A DNA stretch of 64,000 bases from a virus, in the IMG/VR virus record IMGVR_UViG_3300030419_005383, positions 1 through 64,000 of that record; one strand, written 5' to 3'. Numbering within the stretch: the first letter of the stretch is position 1; each line of letters opens with the position of its first letter. The notes beneath the pieces are model-generated. The model saw only the letters and a program-made list of their open reading frames with translations. It did no database searches and was not told the DNA's origin. The position numbers were made by a program, and so were the translations under genes. Below are positions 1 to 8,804 of the stretch, in pieces.

Positions 1-471
1 CCACCAGTTCCTGAAGTCCAAGTTGGACTCTCGGTTCCACCACCACCACCGGGGGGGCAGGGGTCCAGGCCTGGTCACCGGCCACGGTCGCCACGGTCGC
101 CACACGGGCCACCGTGACACGGGCCACCGCACCGGCCACCCGTCCGACCATCGCAGCGAGTACCGCAGCCGCGCCCCGGATGACACCGGCCAACATGACC
201 AACGCAGCCACCACCAAACGGGGAGAGGGGTCAAGCGGTACCGGCACCACCACCGGACGGGGGACGGGGGCCACCACCACGGGGCGGGGGGCTGGCAGGG
301 GCAAGGGCAACTGAGCACCCACAACCCGCACCACCCGCCGCACGGGGCGGGGGGCGCTTTTCACCTTGACCACCTGCGCGGGGCGCCGGGTCTCAGGGAA
401 GGGCAGTGGTAGTTGGGTCGCCATGTCTGAAAAGTAAACACCGTTGGAGGTGTGGCACCGTCTGTGGTCTG

Positions 472-571
472 CCCTGTTACATTCCGTGACATCTCCCCGC
501 ACATGCGTTTCGCGAAGAGATGGAACCCGCGCGCGCGAGGGGGTCACACCCTGTGACATTCCGTGACATCT
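472..571 (+). repeat. 23-bp direct repeat pair CCCTGT(T/G)ACATTCCGTGACATCT
   Basis: Copies at 472-494 and 549-571, one mismatch; second copy ends 6 bp before a putative -35. Confidence 0.85.
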
Positions 572-577
572 TTTCTA

Positions 578-605
578 TAGACTTTCGTTTTGTCGGTACC
601 ATACT
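578..605 (+). promoter_or_regulatory. putative early promoter (weak member of the 16-bp-spacer family)
   Basis: TAGACT-N16-CATACT upstream of the ATG at 637. Confidence 0.45.
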
Positions 606-636
606 TCCTCCAACCAACCGCAACGGAGCAAACAAC

Positions 637-1206
637 ATGACCGCAACCCCAACCACGCAAGCCCCCACGATGATCTTCACCACCGGCACCCCTGGCGCAG
701 GCAAGTCCACAGTGAGCCGATCCCTGTTCCCGAGCGCGGCGATCATCGATTGCGATGAAATCAAAAAAACGCACCCGCAATACGACCCGAAGCGCCCGCA
801 AGAATGTCACGACTGGTCAAAACAGGTCGCCAACGAAATGTTTGAAGACGCTTGCGCGTCGGGGCAAGGGGTCTGGATTTACGATGGAACCGGCGCCAAC
901 GCAGAGAACCTCATGTCTCGAATTGAGCGCGCATCACAAGCCGGTTTCAAAACCGTTCTTCTGTACGTTCGGTGCTCCCTGGAAACGTCCTTGCGCAGAA
1001 ACGCCGCCCGTGCCCGCACGGTGCCCGAAGACATCGTACGGGAAAAGGCGCGGATGGTCGGGCATGCATTCCATATCACCCACGAGTACGCGCATTCGGT
1101 CATGGTTTTCGACAACGATGTGGACGGGCAACACCCGGTTGAAGACATCCATTGGGAACTTCAAATTTTTCTGAACCGAAACTCTCTGGACCACTGCATC
1201 TTCTAG
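637..1206 (+). CDS. zeta-toxin-like / AAA_33 P-loop kinase
   Basis: Walker A GTPGAGKS, IIDCDEIKK, IYDGTG, lid RNAARARTVPEDIV; GGAG RBS before ATG 637. Confidence 0.75.
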   Translation: MTATPTTQAPTMIFTTGTPGAGKSTVSRSLFPSAAIIDCDEIKKTHPQYDPKRPQECHDWSKQVANEMFEDACASGQGVWIYDGTGANAENLMSRIERASQAGFKTVLLYVRCSLETSLRRNAARARTVPEDIVREKARMVGHAFHITHEYAHSVMVFDNDVDGQHPVEDIHWELQIFLNRNSLDHCIF

Positions 1207-1309
1207 GCCCGCCACCCTCACCCGGCCTGGCTGGTCGGGTGGGCGCACTGGGTATCCCGCCTGTGGGGGGCGGGGGGTCCTGTCCGCCTCTTTGCCAAAA
1301 GGATTGAAC

Positions 1310-1534
1310 ATGCCAAAACGACCAACAAAAAAACCAGTGGAACGCATGACCGTAGGTGGCACGAAGTACGGCCTTTACAAGGGGCCGCACGGATACGAAC
1401 TCTGGATCATGGGCCGGTACGCTGACCGGGTGGGCTACGTCGCGAACCGGGAAAACATGGCCTTAGCCATCGACAACCACCGCGAGGAAATGCGCTGCCT
1501 GATGGCGCAGGCCCGTGAGGAATTCGGCTGCTGA
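1310..1534 (+). CDS. hypothetical phage protein
   Basis: AAGGA RBS, ATG 1310, 74 aa, plausible composition. Confidence 0.6.
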   Translation: MPKRPTKKPVERMTVGGTKYGLYKGPHGYELWIMGRYADRVGYVANRENMALAIDNHREEMRCLMAQAREEFGC

Positions 1535-1763
1535 TGTCGGACCCGACACCCGGCAACCCTCACCCCCTGGTCAGGTCAGGATCGGCCTGGTCGGGGCTTC
1601 GGAGGGGAGCGGGGCCAGGTCAATCACTTTTCCTGACCAATTCGCGGACCGCTTGAACAAAACCACTGAACAATTTTTCGCCACCTGCTGGAATTTTCCG
1701 ATGGTCGGGGGTCCTTCGTGGAACAAAAACGACTGTCGAGCGACAAATTTCGGAGAAAACAGA

Positions 1764-1985
1764 ATGCTTAATCGATTCATAAACCGCTTCGTTCGCCTGG
1801 TTTGGGTCTTCAATGCCCGAATGGAGGCGCCCCGAATGGAGGCCCAAGTCCGGCTTTGCGGCTTGGTTTTGACCCTTTCATGTCCTGCGTGGGTGTGGCG
1901 ACGTGTGGCGACCGAAGACCGGTTGGTCCGCGCGAACCGCAAGGCAAGGCCTTTTCTGAGTCGCAAATTGGAGTCCGACCAATGA
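1764..1985 (+). CDS. hypothetical protein
   Basis: GGAG RBS, ATG 1764; stop overlaps next start (ATGA). Confidence 0.45.
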   Translation: MLNRFINRFVRLVWVFNARMEAPRMEAQVRLCGLVLTLSCPAWVWRRVATEDRLVRANRKARPFLSRKLESDQ

Positions 1986-2377
1986 ACTACCCCTACAAGA
2001 TCGTCCACTTGCCCGACACTGATTCGATCAAAGGCGGCCCTGTCTACACGATCCTTTTGAAGACAACAGAACAGAGCGAGCTGATTGTGTCCTTGTCCCT
2101 GTCTGAAGCGAGGGGATTGGCGAACGCCGCCCGCCAGAAGTACCTGAGGGAAGGGGCCACCGTGATCAACCCGGACGGAAGCCGAACATGGCGCGAACGC
2201 CTGGTCGAATTCGATACGACCTTACCCGACTCCCTGCCATTTCATGCTGGGCTGACCTGGCACGCTGATCGCAAGCGAGTCCGGTGTCAATGGGTTGAGG
2301 TGACAACCAACCTCGACGGAACGAAAACAGATCGCCCGCTGCGGCGAGTTTGGGTCCGCTGGGACAAAGCATTTTGA
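1982..2377 (+). CDS. hypothetical phage protein
   Basis: ATGA overlap, GGAG RBS, 131 aa. Confidence 0.6.
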   Translation: MNYPYKIVHLPDTDSIKGGPVYTILLKTTEQSELIVSLSLSEARGLANAARQKYLREGATVINPDGSRTWRERLVEFDTTLPDSLPFHAGLTWHADRKRVRCQWVEVTTNLDGTKTDRPLRRVWVRWDKAF

Positions 2378-2438
2378 CCACCTTGCCGGCCACAATTCGC
2401 GAGCTGCCAGCTTCTCAGAATCCTCTAATGGGCAGTTA

Positions 2439-2893
2439 GTATGGCAATACACCCCGCTCGTGATAGCGAAATGGCCGATTGCCATACAATGACCACGCTG
2501 CCAGGTGGTTCTCAAGACTTTTAATTCTGCCCCCAGAACCCCATAGTTTACACTGCCACTACTTAAGCAGGGGAGTAAGGAAAAACCCAGGTTCTAAGGG
2601 GATCGCACTGCCTTTTATGCCAAACAAAGGTAGCGCAGTGAATTCACCCACAATGTACCAGAAATCGCTTTCAATGCCTGCTTTCAGCCTGCCACCTTCG
2701 TGGGCAGCTCGTATGGCACTTTTACTATTTTTGAATCGGCAAACAGAAGAAGTACCTTGGTTCAAGGCCAGCTTTAAGGCAGTTGGACAGGGTACGGCAA
2801 TAAGTATGGCACCGAATTTCGGCTCCATTCTGGCCGAACCCAAAAGCGGACAATTTCTGTCCGAAAAAAAAACAACAACACCCCTTGCCATAC
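2439..2893. repeat. GTATGGCA octamer array (origin or operator candidate)
   Basis: Exact copies at 2439(+), 2480(-), 2711(+), 2804(+), 2886(-) and variant GTACGGCA at 2792, in an AT-richer region with no convincing gene. Confidence 0.6.
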
Positions 2894-2912
2894 GTTTGTT
2901 GGGGAGTAGTTT
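2885..2912 (+). promoter_or_regulatory. putative early promoter
   Basis: TTGCCA-N16-TAGTTT. Confidence 0.55.
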
Positions 2913-3045
2913 CAAGGTGTTGGCGCCGACGCCGTGTCGGTCCTTGGTTTGAAGCTATTTCCCCGCCATTCGGTTGGCCTCGGATGGTTGGTCCCCTGGG
3001 ATGGGGTGAGGGCCGACACACTTCCTTTTCGATTTGAGAGAACCG

Positions 3046-3315
3046 ATGACTTACGAACAGCGATACAATCTGCGGTCCGTGCCCGGCGTTGCCGACCAAA
3101 CAGGGCTCACTTTGTACGAGGCGTGCAAGGCGCTGAACGCCGCTGGCCGTGATGGTCGCGTTCAAGGCGCAACCCGGATCACTCGCGGATTGCCATACAG
3201 TCGCGAGCGATTCGTCGCCTTCTTTTGTGGGTGGCGCAAAGATGTCCGCCCTGCTTTCGGGGCGCTCGACAGTGAGCGGAACGTGCTCTATTGCTGGCGA
3301 ACTTCGCAATACTAG
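3046..3315 (+). CDS. hypothetical phage protein
   Basis: GAGAGAACCG-ATG start context typical of this early region. Confidence 0.6.
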   Translation: MTYEQRYNLRSVPGVADQTGLTLYEACKALNAAGRDGRVQGATRITRGLPYSRERFVAFFCGWRKDVRPAFGALDSERNVLYCWRTSQY

Positions 3316-3323
3316 GAGAACCG

Positions 3324-3929
3324 ATGTACCTGAAACTTTCCGAAATGAAACCCGCCGTGGCTGACGCTTTGCGTCGGGCTGGACACACCCGACCCGACAT
3401 CGAAGTTGTGGTCACCGAGACCATCGATTCGTGCGGTGGCTCGAAAGGCGCCCGTGTTTCGCTGACGGCAATCCGTCTCGCTGACGGGTTCTCGAAAACA
3501 CAAACCGGGAGCTGGGGCGGTCCGAACGCCTATGAGACCCGCGCTGCCGACCACGTCCGTGACATGGCCTTGCCTGCCGGCTACGCTGTGTACCGTGGAT
3601 ACGAGGGCGGTAACCTGTCGGGATACGGTCGCTTGCTCATGAGCCCTGCCGATGTCCAGACCATGGCCCTGCCAGGTGACACGGGATTGACCGATGACGA
3701 CAAGCTGGCGCTGTTCGCCATGCGAGGTCTGAAGCCGGCCTATCGAGGTGAGTGGGTGCGGCGTGCCACGGGTGGCCGGGTGACCTACGGGTCCGATGAC
3801 CCGACCTATGCTGCGCTCGCGAGCGCTGGCCTGGTCAAGGTCTCGAAGAACGGGGCCATGCGGATCACCACTGAGGGCAAAAACGCGGTGGCTGACTTCA
3901 ATCCGCGCGCACTTGGAGTCTACGCTTGA
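3324..3929 (+). CDS. hypothetical phage protein, possible C-terminal winged helix
   Basis: AGGAGAACCG-ATG; C-terminus LASAGLVKVSKNGAMRITTEGK resembles a wHTH wing. Confidence 0.7.
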   Translation: MYLKLSEMKPAVADALRRAGHTRPDIEVVVTETIDSCGGSKGARVSLTAIRLADGFSKTQTGSWGGPNAYETRAADHVRDMALPAGYAVYRGYEGGNLSGYGRLLMSPADVQTMALPGDTGLTDDDKLALFAMRGLKPAYRGEWVRRATGGRVTYGSDDPTYAALASAGLVKVSKNGAMRITTEGKNAVADFNPRALGVYA

Positions 3930-3953
3930 CGCACCATTGTGTGTGCTTAAGAT
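3926..3953 (+). promoter_or_regulatory. early promoter
   Basis: TTGACG-N16(ends GTGCT)-TAAGAT. Confidence 0.8.
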
Positions 3954-3980
3954 ATTAGTGACGCACCGACAGGGGAAATT

Positions 3981-4469
3981 ATGAAGATCATCAGAAAAAG
4001 ACAATACATCGACGCCGTTCGTTACGAATTTTACCTCTACTCGCGCGAGACTTTCGATGCCGATGCCAGAGAGGAGCATGGTAAAAACAACCTGCGCGAC
4101 CGCCCAGCGTGGGTCAACACCACGAGCATGAGCCTGGGTACGGGGCGCGTCGGTGACAACCGATACGCATGGAAGGCTGGCCCCTTCCTATGTGACGAAA
4201 ACGGGAACCCAGACATCAGGCCCCGTAAAGAGGACGCCTACCTTAAGGCTGTGCAGGCTGACACTCAACAGGGACCAACGCAAGGCCCATTCTACAGCGG
4301 ATACAGGGTCTATGCCATTGCTGAGTGCGAGTGTGGACGGCGCCTGACCTTGGACCGCTTCACTAACGCCTGCCGCTGCGGTCTGATGTACAACCAATCA
4401 GGCCAATGCTTGGCCGCAGTCAGCCAGTGGGGGGAAGAAACCGGGGAGCACTGGACAGAATGTTATTGA
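3981..4469 (+). CDS. hypothetical protein with C-terminal Cys cluster
   Basis: CECG...CRCG motif; AGGGGA RBS. Confidence 0.7.
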   Translation: MKIIRKRQYIDAVRYEFYLYSRETFDADAREEHGKNNLRDRPAWVNTTSMSLGTGRVGDNRYAWKAGPFLCDENGNPDIRPRKEDAYLKAVQADTQQGPTQGPFYSGYRVYAIAECECGRRLTLDRFTNACRCGLMYNQSGQCLAAVSQWGEETGEHWTECY

Positions 4470-4493
4470 CACACCATTGTGTGTGCTTAAGAT
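4466..4493 (+). promoter_or_regulatory. early promoter
   Basis: TTGACA-N16(ends GTGCT)-TAAGAT; near-identical to the 3926 copy. Confidence 0.8.
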
Positions 4494-4519
4494 ATGGGTG
4501 AACCCACAAGGAACCAACC

Positions 4520-4720
4520 ATGACCACTTACCGAATCGTTCGAATGTATCAGAACGCAGGCATCCGCCAGCGAACCGTGAAGAGGGGCTTGACCCTTGAG
4601 CAGGCGCAAGCCTGGTGCCGCAATCCCGAAACCTCGTGGAGAACTGCCACAACCCCTGAGGCCACCGAACGCACCCGCCGCTGTGGCATGTGGTTCGACG
4701 GCTACAGCAAGGAAGGCTGA
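4520..4720 (+). CDS. small phage early protein
   Basis: YRIVRMY...[17 protein letters not shown]; AAGGA RBS. Confidence 0.7.
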   Translation: MTTYRIVRMYQNAGIRQRTVKRGLTLEQAQAWCRNPETSWRTATTPEATERTRRCGMWFDGYSKEG

Positions 4721-4724
4721 ACCA

Positions 4725-4907
4725 ATGACCCGTAAACAATTCGAGGCCAAGTACCGCAACGCATGGGCCAAGCTAGTCAAGTCTGGCCAATACACGCCGG
4801 AAGGTCAGCAGGCCCTCAAAACCCTTTCGGCCTTGTATGACCTGAACCCAGAATGGGCCGACGACGCAGAGGACCAAAGGATCGATGACGCCAGGATGAA
4901 CGGCTGA
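4725..4907 (+). CDS. hypothetical protein
   Basis: GAACCAATG start, 60 aa. Confidence 0.6.
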   Translation: MTRKQFEAKYRNAWAKLVKSGQYTPEGQQALKTLSALYDLNPEWADDAEDQRIDDARMNG

Positions 4908-4936
4908 AACCATCTCCACCCACAAGGAACAAACCA

Positions 4937-5245
4937 ATGAACGAACCTATCTCCCTGCACGGCTGGACCGTGGAAACCGAAACCATAGTCGATGAGGTTG
5001 GACTACAATTTTACCACGCATGGGTCGAGATCTCCCTGAAAGAAGGCGGACCCCTGCGCCCGTTCGGCGCTAGTAGCATCGACAGCCCAGAAGAGACCTT
5101 GAGGCGGTTGTCCTCTCGGCTTGGTGCGGTTGTCAGAGTGATGATCTACCTCAACGGTCCTTGGGACAAAGAGTACAAGAAAGTCCATGAGTTGAGCATG
5201 GAAATTGACAAGCGCGCGAACTACCCACTTTCGACCTCTGCCTGA
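4937..5245 (+). CDS. hypothetical protein
   Basis: AAGGA RBS. Confidence 0.6.
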   Translation: MNEPISLHGWTVETETIVDEVGLQFYHAWVEISLKEGGPLRPFGASSIDSPEETLRRLSSRLGAVVRVMIYLNGPWDKEYKKVHELSMEIDKRANYPLSTSA

Positions 5246-5263
5246 ACCACGAGGAACCGAACC

Positions 5264-5512
5264 ATGACCAACCATTTTTACATGAACCCTGATCACAAAC
5301 ACTGGGATGCAGCCTGGGAAAAGTTGGCTGCTGATCCTGTCAACAAAGGAATGTACGACAAGTACACCGCAACCTGTCCCCGCAGTGGGGAGAGCTGGCA
5401 GTACATGGGCTCACATTACGATGCGGACGGAAGTGTTCATGAGTTCCGGCATCGACATCACCCCGCCGTGTACCGTCGCGTGACCACGCGCGTATTTCTC
5501 CCTGGGGCATGA
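5264..5512 (+). CDS. hypothetical phage protein
   Basis: GAGGA RBS; ESWQYMGS...HEFRHRHHP. Confidence 0.7.
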   Translation: MTNHFYMNPDHKHWDAAWEKLAADPVNKGMYDKYTATCPRSGESWQYMGSHYDADGSVHEFRHRHHPAVYRRVTTRVFLPGA

Positions 5513-5811
5513 CCATGGGCAAACCTGACAACCGCAGCAAGATCTACAACCACGGCAAAGACTACGAGGCCAAGCGCCACCGTGGAGCATCGAACCGCGC
5601 GCGCCGCGCCGATGCCACCGACCGTCTGTGGGAACGCCGCATGCGCCGTGATAGCAAAGCAGAGATCGATGACCAGTTGGATGACGACTGGATGATCGAC
5701 GAGCTGGAGCAGGCTGCCGAATTCGGTGACGACTCAACCGAGGTGGAGGTCGTGCCCTACGTTCCGCACATCTCGCAGGCTGAATTGCGAAAGAAGCTGA
5801 AACTGAAATAA
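5509..5811 (+). CDS. hypothetical protein (basic N-half, acidic C-half)
   Basis: ATGA overlap with upstream gene. Confidence 0.6.
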   Translation: MTMGKPDNRSKIYNHGKDYEAKRHRGASNRARRADATDRLWERRMRRDSKAEIDDQLDDDWMIDELEQAAEFGDDSTEVEVVPYVPHISQAELRKKLKLK

Positions 5812-5827
5812 AGTTGAACGGGCAGGG

Positions 5828-5855
5828 TTGCCGCACGTTTGTTGGTGACTACACT
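5828..5855 (+). promoter_or_regulatory. early promoter
   Basis: TTGCCG-N16(ends GTGAC)-TACACT. Confidence 0.75.
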
Positions 5856-5883
5856 TTAATTGAACCGAGAGAGAACCAAACCA

Positions 5884-6054
5884 ATGCCTGACGACAGAAC
5901 ACCCGCAAGCCCTGAACAGATCGAAGAAGCCCGGCAGATGTTCGGGGACACCGACATCGAGATCGATGACGACGCCCAGCAATCAGCAGGGAGCGAAGGC
6001 GCCTGGATTCAGGCTTGGGTCTGGGTACCGAACCCACAAGGAAAGAACCAATGA
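5884..6054 (+). CDS. small acidic phage protein
   Basis: DIEIDDDA...GAWIQAWVWV. Confidence 0.65.
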   Translation: MPDDRTPASPEQIEEARQMFGDTDIEIDDDAQQSAGSEGAWIQAWVWVPNPQGKNQ

Positions 6055-6587
6055 TCAAAATGAAGGACCACCCTGGCTACGGCATGACTGTGGAGTTCTG
6101 CCAAGAGCAGGCCTACGGCAAGCGCAAAGCAAAACGCGATTCATTCGAGCGATGCGACACTGACGGCTTCGTGTCCCAATGGGCCAGCGGCATCGGCGCC
6201 GCACAATGGGAGCTGAAGGCAGCAGTTGTTCGCGACGGCGGGTACGCTCCATTTCAGGTCCTTGTTGACAGTGACGGTGTGGTCGTGTCCTGCCGAAACT
6301 TCACCAACGATTACGGAACGGCGTGGCTTGTGCGGGACGAACACCAGGCCAGAATCGGTCGGACGTTCATTCCGGCAGACGGATCCCACCGCGAGGGGAG
6401 CCGCAGACGCAGCCGAATCCAGAAGAACCTGGGACTGCGTCAAGAGCTGCGCGATGCGCGGGCCTGGGTCTGTATCGCTGGCGGCGGCGGTCGGGGGCTC
6501 AGTGGCGCGGCGAGTTGCTACGCTGACACCTTCCCATTGCGAGACGACAACAAGCGACTGCAATTCCGTGAGGATGACGAAAGATGA
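6051..6587 (+). CDS. hypothetical phage protein
   Basis: GAACCAATG start; DSFERCDTDGFVSQWA. Confidence 0.7.
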   Translation: MIKMKDHPGYGMTVEFCQEQAYGKRKAKRDSFERCDTDGFVSQWASGIGAAQWELKAAVVRDGGYAPFQVLVDSDGVVVSCRNFTNDYGTAWLVRDEHQARIGRTFIPADGSHREGSRRRSRIQKNLGLRQELRDARAWVCIAGGGGRGLSGAASCYADTFPLRDDNKRLQFREDDER

Positions 6588-6598
6588 GGACAAGCCGC

Positions 6599-6766
6599 TC
6601 CGGTTGAACCGCCGGATAGTCAGGGGTAGCTGACCCCGACGATTGAAGTGGTGTGGTAGCCACAGTCAAGCGCCCGGACCCCGGATGGGGTCGGAGCAGG
6701 GCAGCCCGTTAGCTGGCAGCCGGAGGCTTTCGAGCCGAAGAAGGTGAAACAGCACTGCCCCCTTTT
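6599..6766 (+). ncRNA. candidate structured RNA or leader (unassigned)
   Basis: Intergenic; five consecutive stems, one capped by a UUCG loop; ends in CCTTTT. Confidence 0.4.
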
Positions 6767-6788
6767 CACACAAGAACAGAGAGAACCG

Positions 6789-7241
6789 ATGAAAAACAGA
6801 GTGACATGTGACTGCGAAGAGTGTCGGAAGATGTGCCACGGAAACCCCGGTTGGTTCAGGCCAGGCGAGGCCAGGCGGGCAGCGGCTTCCTTGGGCATGA
6901 CCTTTGGTGCGTTCTTCAAGAAGTACCTGATCGTTGAATTTTGGGAAGAAGGATTCAGTGGGCCAACGCATGTGCTCGCGCCGCGCCGGGTCACCCAGCC
7001 AGACGGGCAGACCCACGCAAGGTGGAGCGACAACTTCAGTAAAGGGCAGTGCCGTTTGCTCGGCCCCAACGGGTGCAAGTTGAGCAGCGAGAACAGGCCC
7101 TACGAATGCGCGTGTACGCTCAGCTCTGCCTGCCTGAACAACAAAGGCGACGAGCGTGGGACGAACCACCGCGAAGAGATCAAAGAGCTGTGGGAACCCC
7201 TGCAAGAAAGCGATGAGCTGCGAGAAGTGGAGAACCTGTAG
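6789..7241 (+). CDS. YkgJ-like (CxxCxxCC-type) cysteine-cluster protein
   Basis: CDCEECRKMC ... CRLLGPNGCKLSSENRPYEC. Confidence 0.65.
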   Translation: MKNRVTCDCEECRKMCHGNPGWFRPGEARRAAASLGMTFGAFFKKYLIVEFWEEGFSGPTHVLAPRRVTQPDGQTHARWSDNFSKGQCRLLGPNGCKLSSENRPYECACTLSSACLNNKGDERGTNHREEIKELWEPLQESDELREVENL

Positions 7242-7248
7242 AAAGTTG

Positions 7249-7276
7249 TTGACAAACCTTTGTGCGTGTCTACCTT
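7249..7276 (+). promoter_or_regulatory. early promoter
   Basis: TTGACA-N16(ends GTGTC)-TACCTT. Confidence 0.75.
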
Positions 7277-7305
7277 TCAGGTGTAGCCAAAACCACGGAG
7301 GCCTC

Positions 7306-7689
7306 ATGGCCCAAACCATCCTGACCCGCGTCCGACGCGCCATCTACAACGAGTTCGCTTGCTTCATTCCGGGCGACACTAAGAAAGAAAAGATGGCGGT
7401 TGTTCGTGCCGCAACCCGTGTCGTTGCCCAGCCTCGCCGGGGCCCACGAAATCTTGACGTTTGTGTGTTCACCGGGGCCGATTCAGGCATTCCCAGCAAC
7501 ATTGATGGGTGGCATCGAGTAAGCGACGAGCTGGGCGCATACCCCACGATGGGCCCCCGTCCATATTTTGACCAGCCATGGAGCAACTATCCAGGCAACT
7601 GGGAGGATGCAGCAGCCATCGCAGTCTACCAGGGGCCGCGCAGTGAAGCGCGCTGGATTCTCAGTCTTTCGGCAGGAAGGAGGGAGTGA
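7306..7689 (+). CDS. hypothetical protein
   Basis: GGAGG RBS, ATG 7306. Confidence 0.65.
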   Translation: MAQTILTRVRRAIYNEFACFIPGDTKKEKMAVVRAATRVVAQPRRGPRNLDVCVFTGADSGIPSNIDGWHRVSDELGAYPTMGPRPYFDQPWSNYPGNWEDAAAIAVYQGPRSEARWILSLSAGRRE

Positions 7690-8024
7690 TGAACATGAAA
7701 ACCACAATCAAACCAGGCGACAAGATCCGATCCTTTGACTTCGCTCGATCCATGAAAGATGGGACCGTTTACGGGACCGACACCGAAGGTGAGGAAGCCT
7801 GCTTTGTCGAGGGAATCGTAACCAAGGTTGATGTTGAGATGAATCAGATTCATTTCGAGGTCACCCGGCAGGTTGGCGAGGGACGAGAGATCAGTGACTT
7901 CTTCAACTGGTGCGAAAAGAACGGACACCCAAAGGTGATGTCCTGTCCCATCGCATCGTGGAGAACCGGAAACAGAGAAAAGATCGGGGCCCTGGTCAAG
8001 ATCAGCGGAGGCCGTGATGCCTGA
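7689..8024 (+). CDS. hypothetical phage protein (SH3-like beta fold possible)
   Basis: IKPGDKIRSFDF...CFVEGIV; strong RBS. Confidence 0.65.
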   Translation: MNMKTTIKPGDKIRSFDFARSMKDGTVYGTDTEGEEACFVEGIVTKVDVEMNQIHFEVTRQVGEGREISDFFNWCEKNGHPKVMSCPIASWRTGNREKIGALVKISGGRDA

Positions 8025-8220
8025 AAAGATCACCGAAGACCAATGCGTCCTGCTCCCAGAATCCGCTTGGAATGCCGTCGTCGTAACGTTGAACGCCTTG
8101 TACAGTGAGCGGTTCCAACACAAGAGCCTGAACGAAGTGGGCGTGATTCGAGACTTGGCCAATTTCCTCCAGGCGAACCTGGACAACAACCACACAGTCG
8201 AGGACTGGAATGAAGACTAA
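8017..8220 (+). CDS. hypothetical protein
   Basis: GGAGG RBS; overlaps flanking genes. Confidence 0.55.
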   Translation: MPEKITEDQCVLLPESAWNAVVVTLNALYSERFQHKSLNEVGVIRDLANFLQANLDNNHTVEDWNED

Positions 8221-8743
8221 GCCACAATTTGAGCACGACTGCCCCCGTTGCGCTTTCTTGGGCCGGCTTGAAGTGAGCCCTGGTGAGAACGACATGAACC
8301 CGACAGGGGAAGCCACCGTCAAGTATGACCTGTACTTTTGCGTTGCAGCAACACCCACTGTGATCGGTCGCTACGGTGACGAGGGGTATGAGTATTGCAG
8401 CGGCATGTCGTTTGCCGACCGGGGGAGCCAACCCTTGGCTGAAGCAAAGAGCCGAGCGATCAAGCAGGGTCTGTACGACCCGACACCACAGCCCTTGAGG
8501 TGGCCACGGGAGGAGGAAGAAATGGCAGTGGTCGCCATGGACAAACTCAAGTCAGCGCTTGATGCCATTTCAGAGTTGGGAGGCCCTGACCCCTCAAGCA
8601 GTGGGATGGAGCTGTTTCGACACAAGGTCAAAGAGGACATCAACGCCGACTGGTTCTTTGGAGGCGACGAAATGAGAGATGCGATCCTGGCCTACACCAA
8701 GGCCTGTGAAGTGCGATCCTATGGTGACCCAAGCCAATCATAA
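8210..8743 (+). CDS. hypothetical phage protein
   Basis: HDCPRCAFLG...YDLYFC...RYGDEGYEYCSG. Confidence 0.7.
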   Translation: MKTKPQFEHDCPRCAFLGRLEVSPGENDMNPTGEATVKYDLYFCVAATPTVIGRYGDEGYEYCSGMSFADRGSQPLAEAKSRAIKQGLYDPTPQPLRWPREEEEMAVVAMDKLKSALDAISELGGPDPSSSGMELFRHKVKEDINADWFFGGDEMRDAILAYTKACEVRSYGDPSQS

Positions 8744-8752
8744 AACAACCCC

Positions 8753-8780
8753 TTGCCAAACTGTTGTCGGTGCTTAGCTT
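8753..8780 (+). promoter_or_regulatory. early promoter
   Basis: TTGCCA-N16(ends GTGCT)-TAGCTT. Confidence 0.8.
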
Positions 8781-8804
8781 AAAGATGTAACCAGAGGGAA
8801 CACA

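Noticed and set aside
23-412. His/Arg/Gly-rich ORF
   Set aside because: Translation of a low-complexity T-poor tract; no RBS and implausible composition
2479-3309. ORFs 2479..2952(+), 2559..2915(-) and 2725..3309(-)
   Set aside because: No RBS, atypical composition, and they overlap the repeat array, promoter and better-supported genes
6705-6760. Hammerhead ribozyme or glycine riboswitch (CCGAAGAAG, GAAAC)
   Set aside because: No CUGANGA core with stem II and NUH site; no CTYTCAGG glycine-aptamer motif
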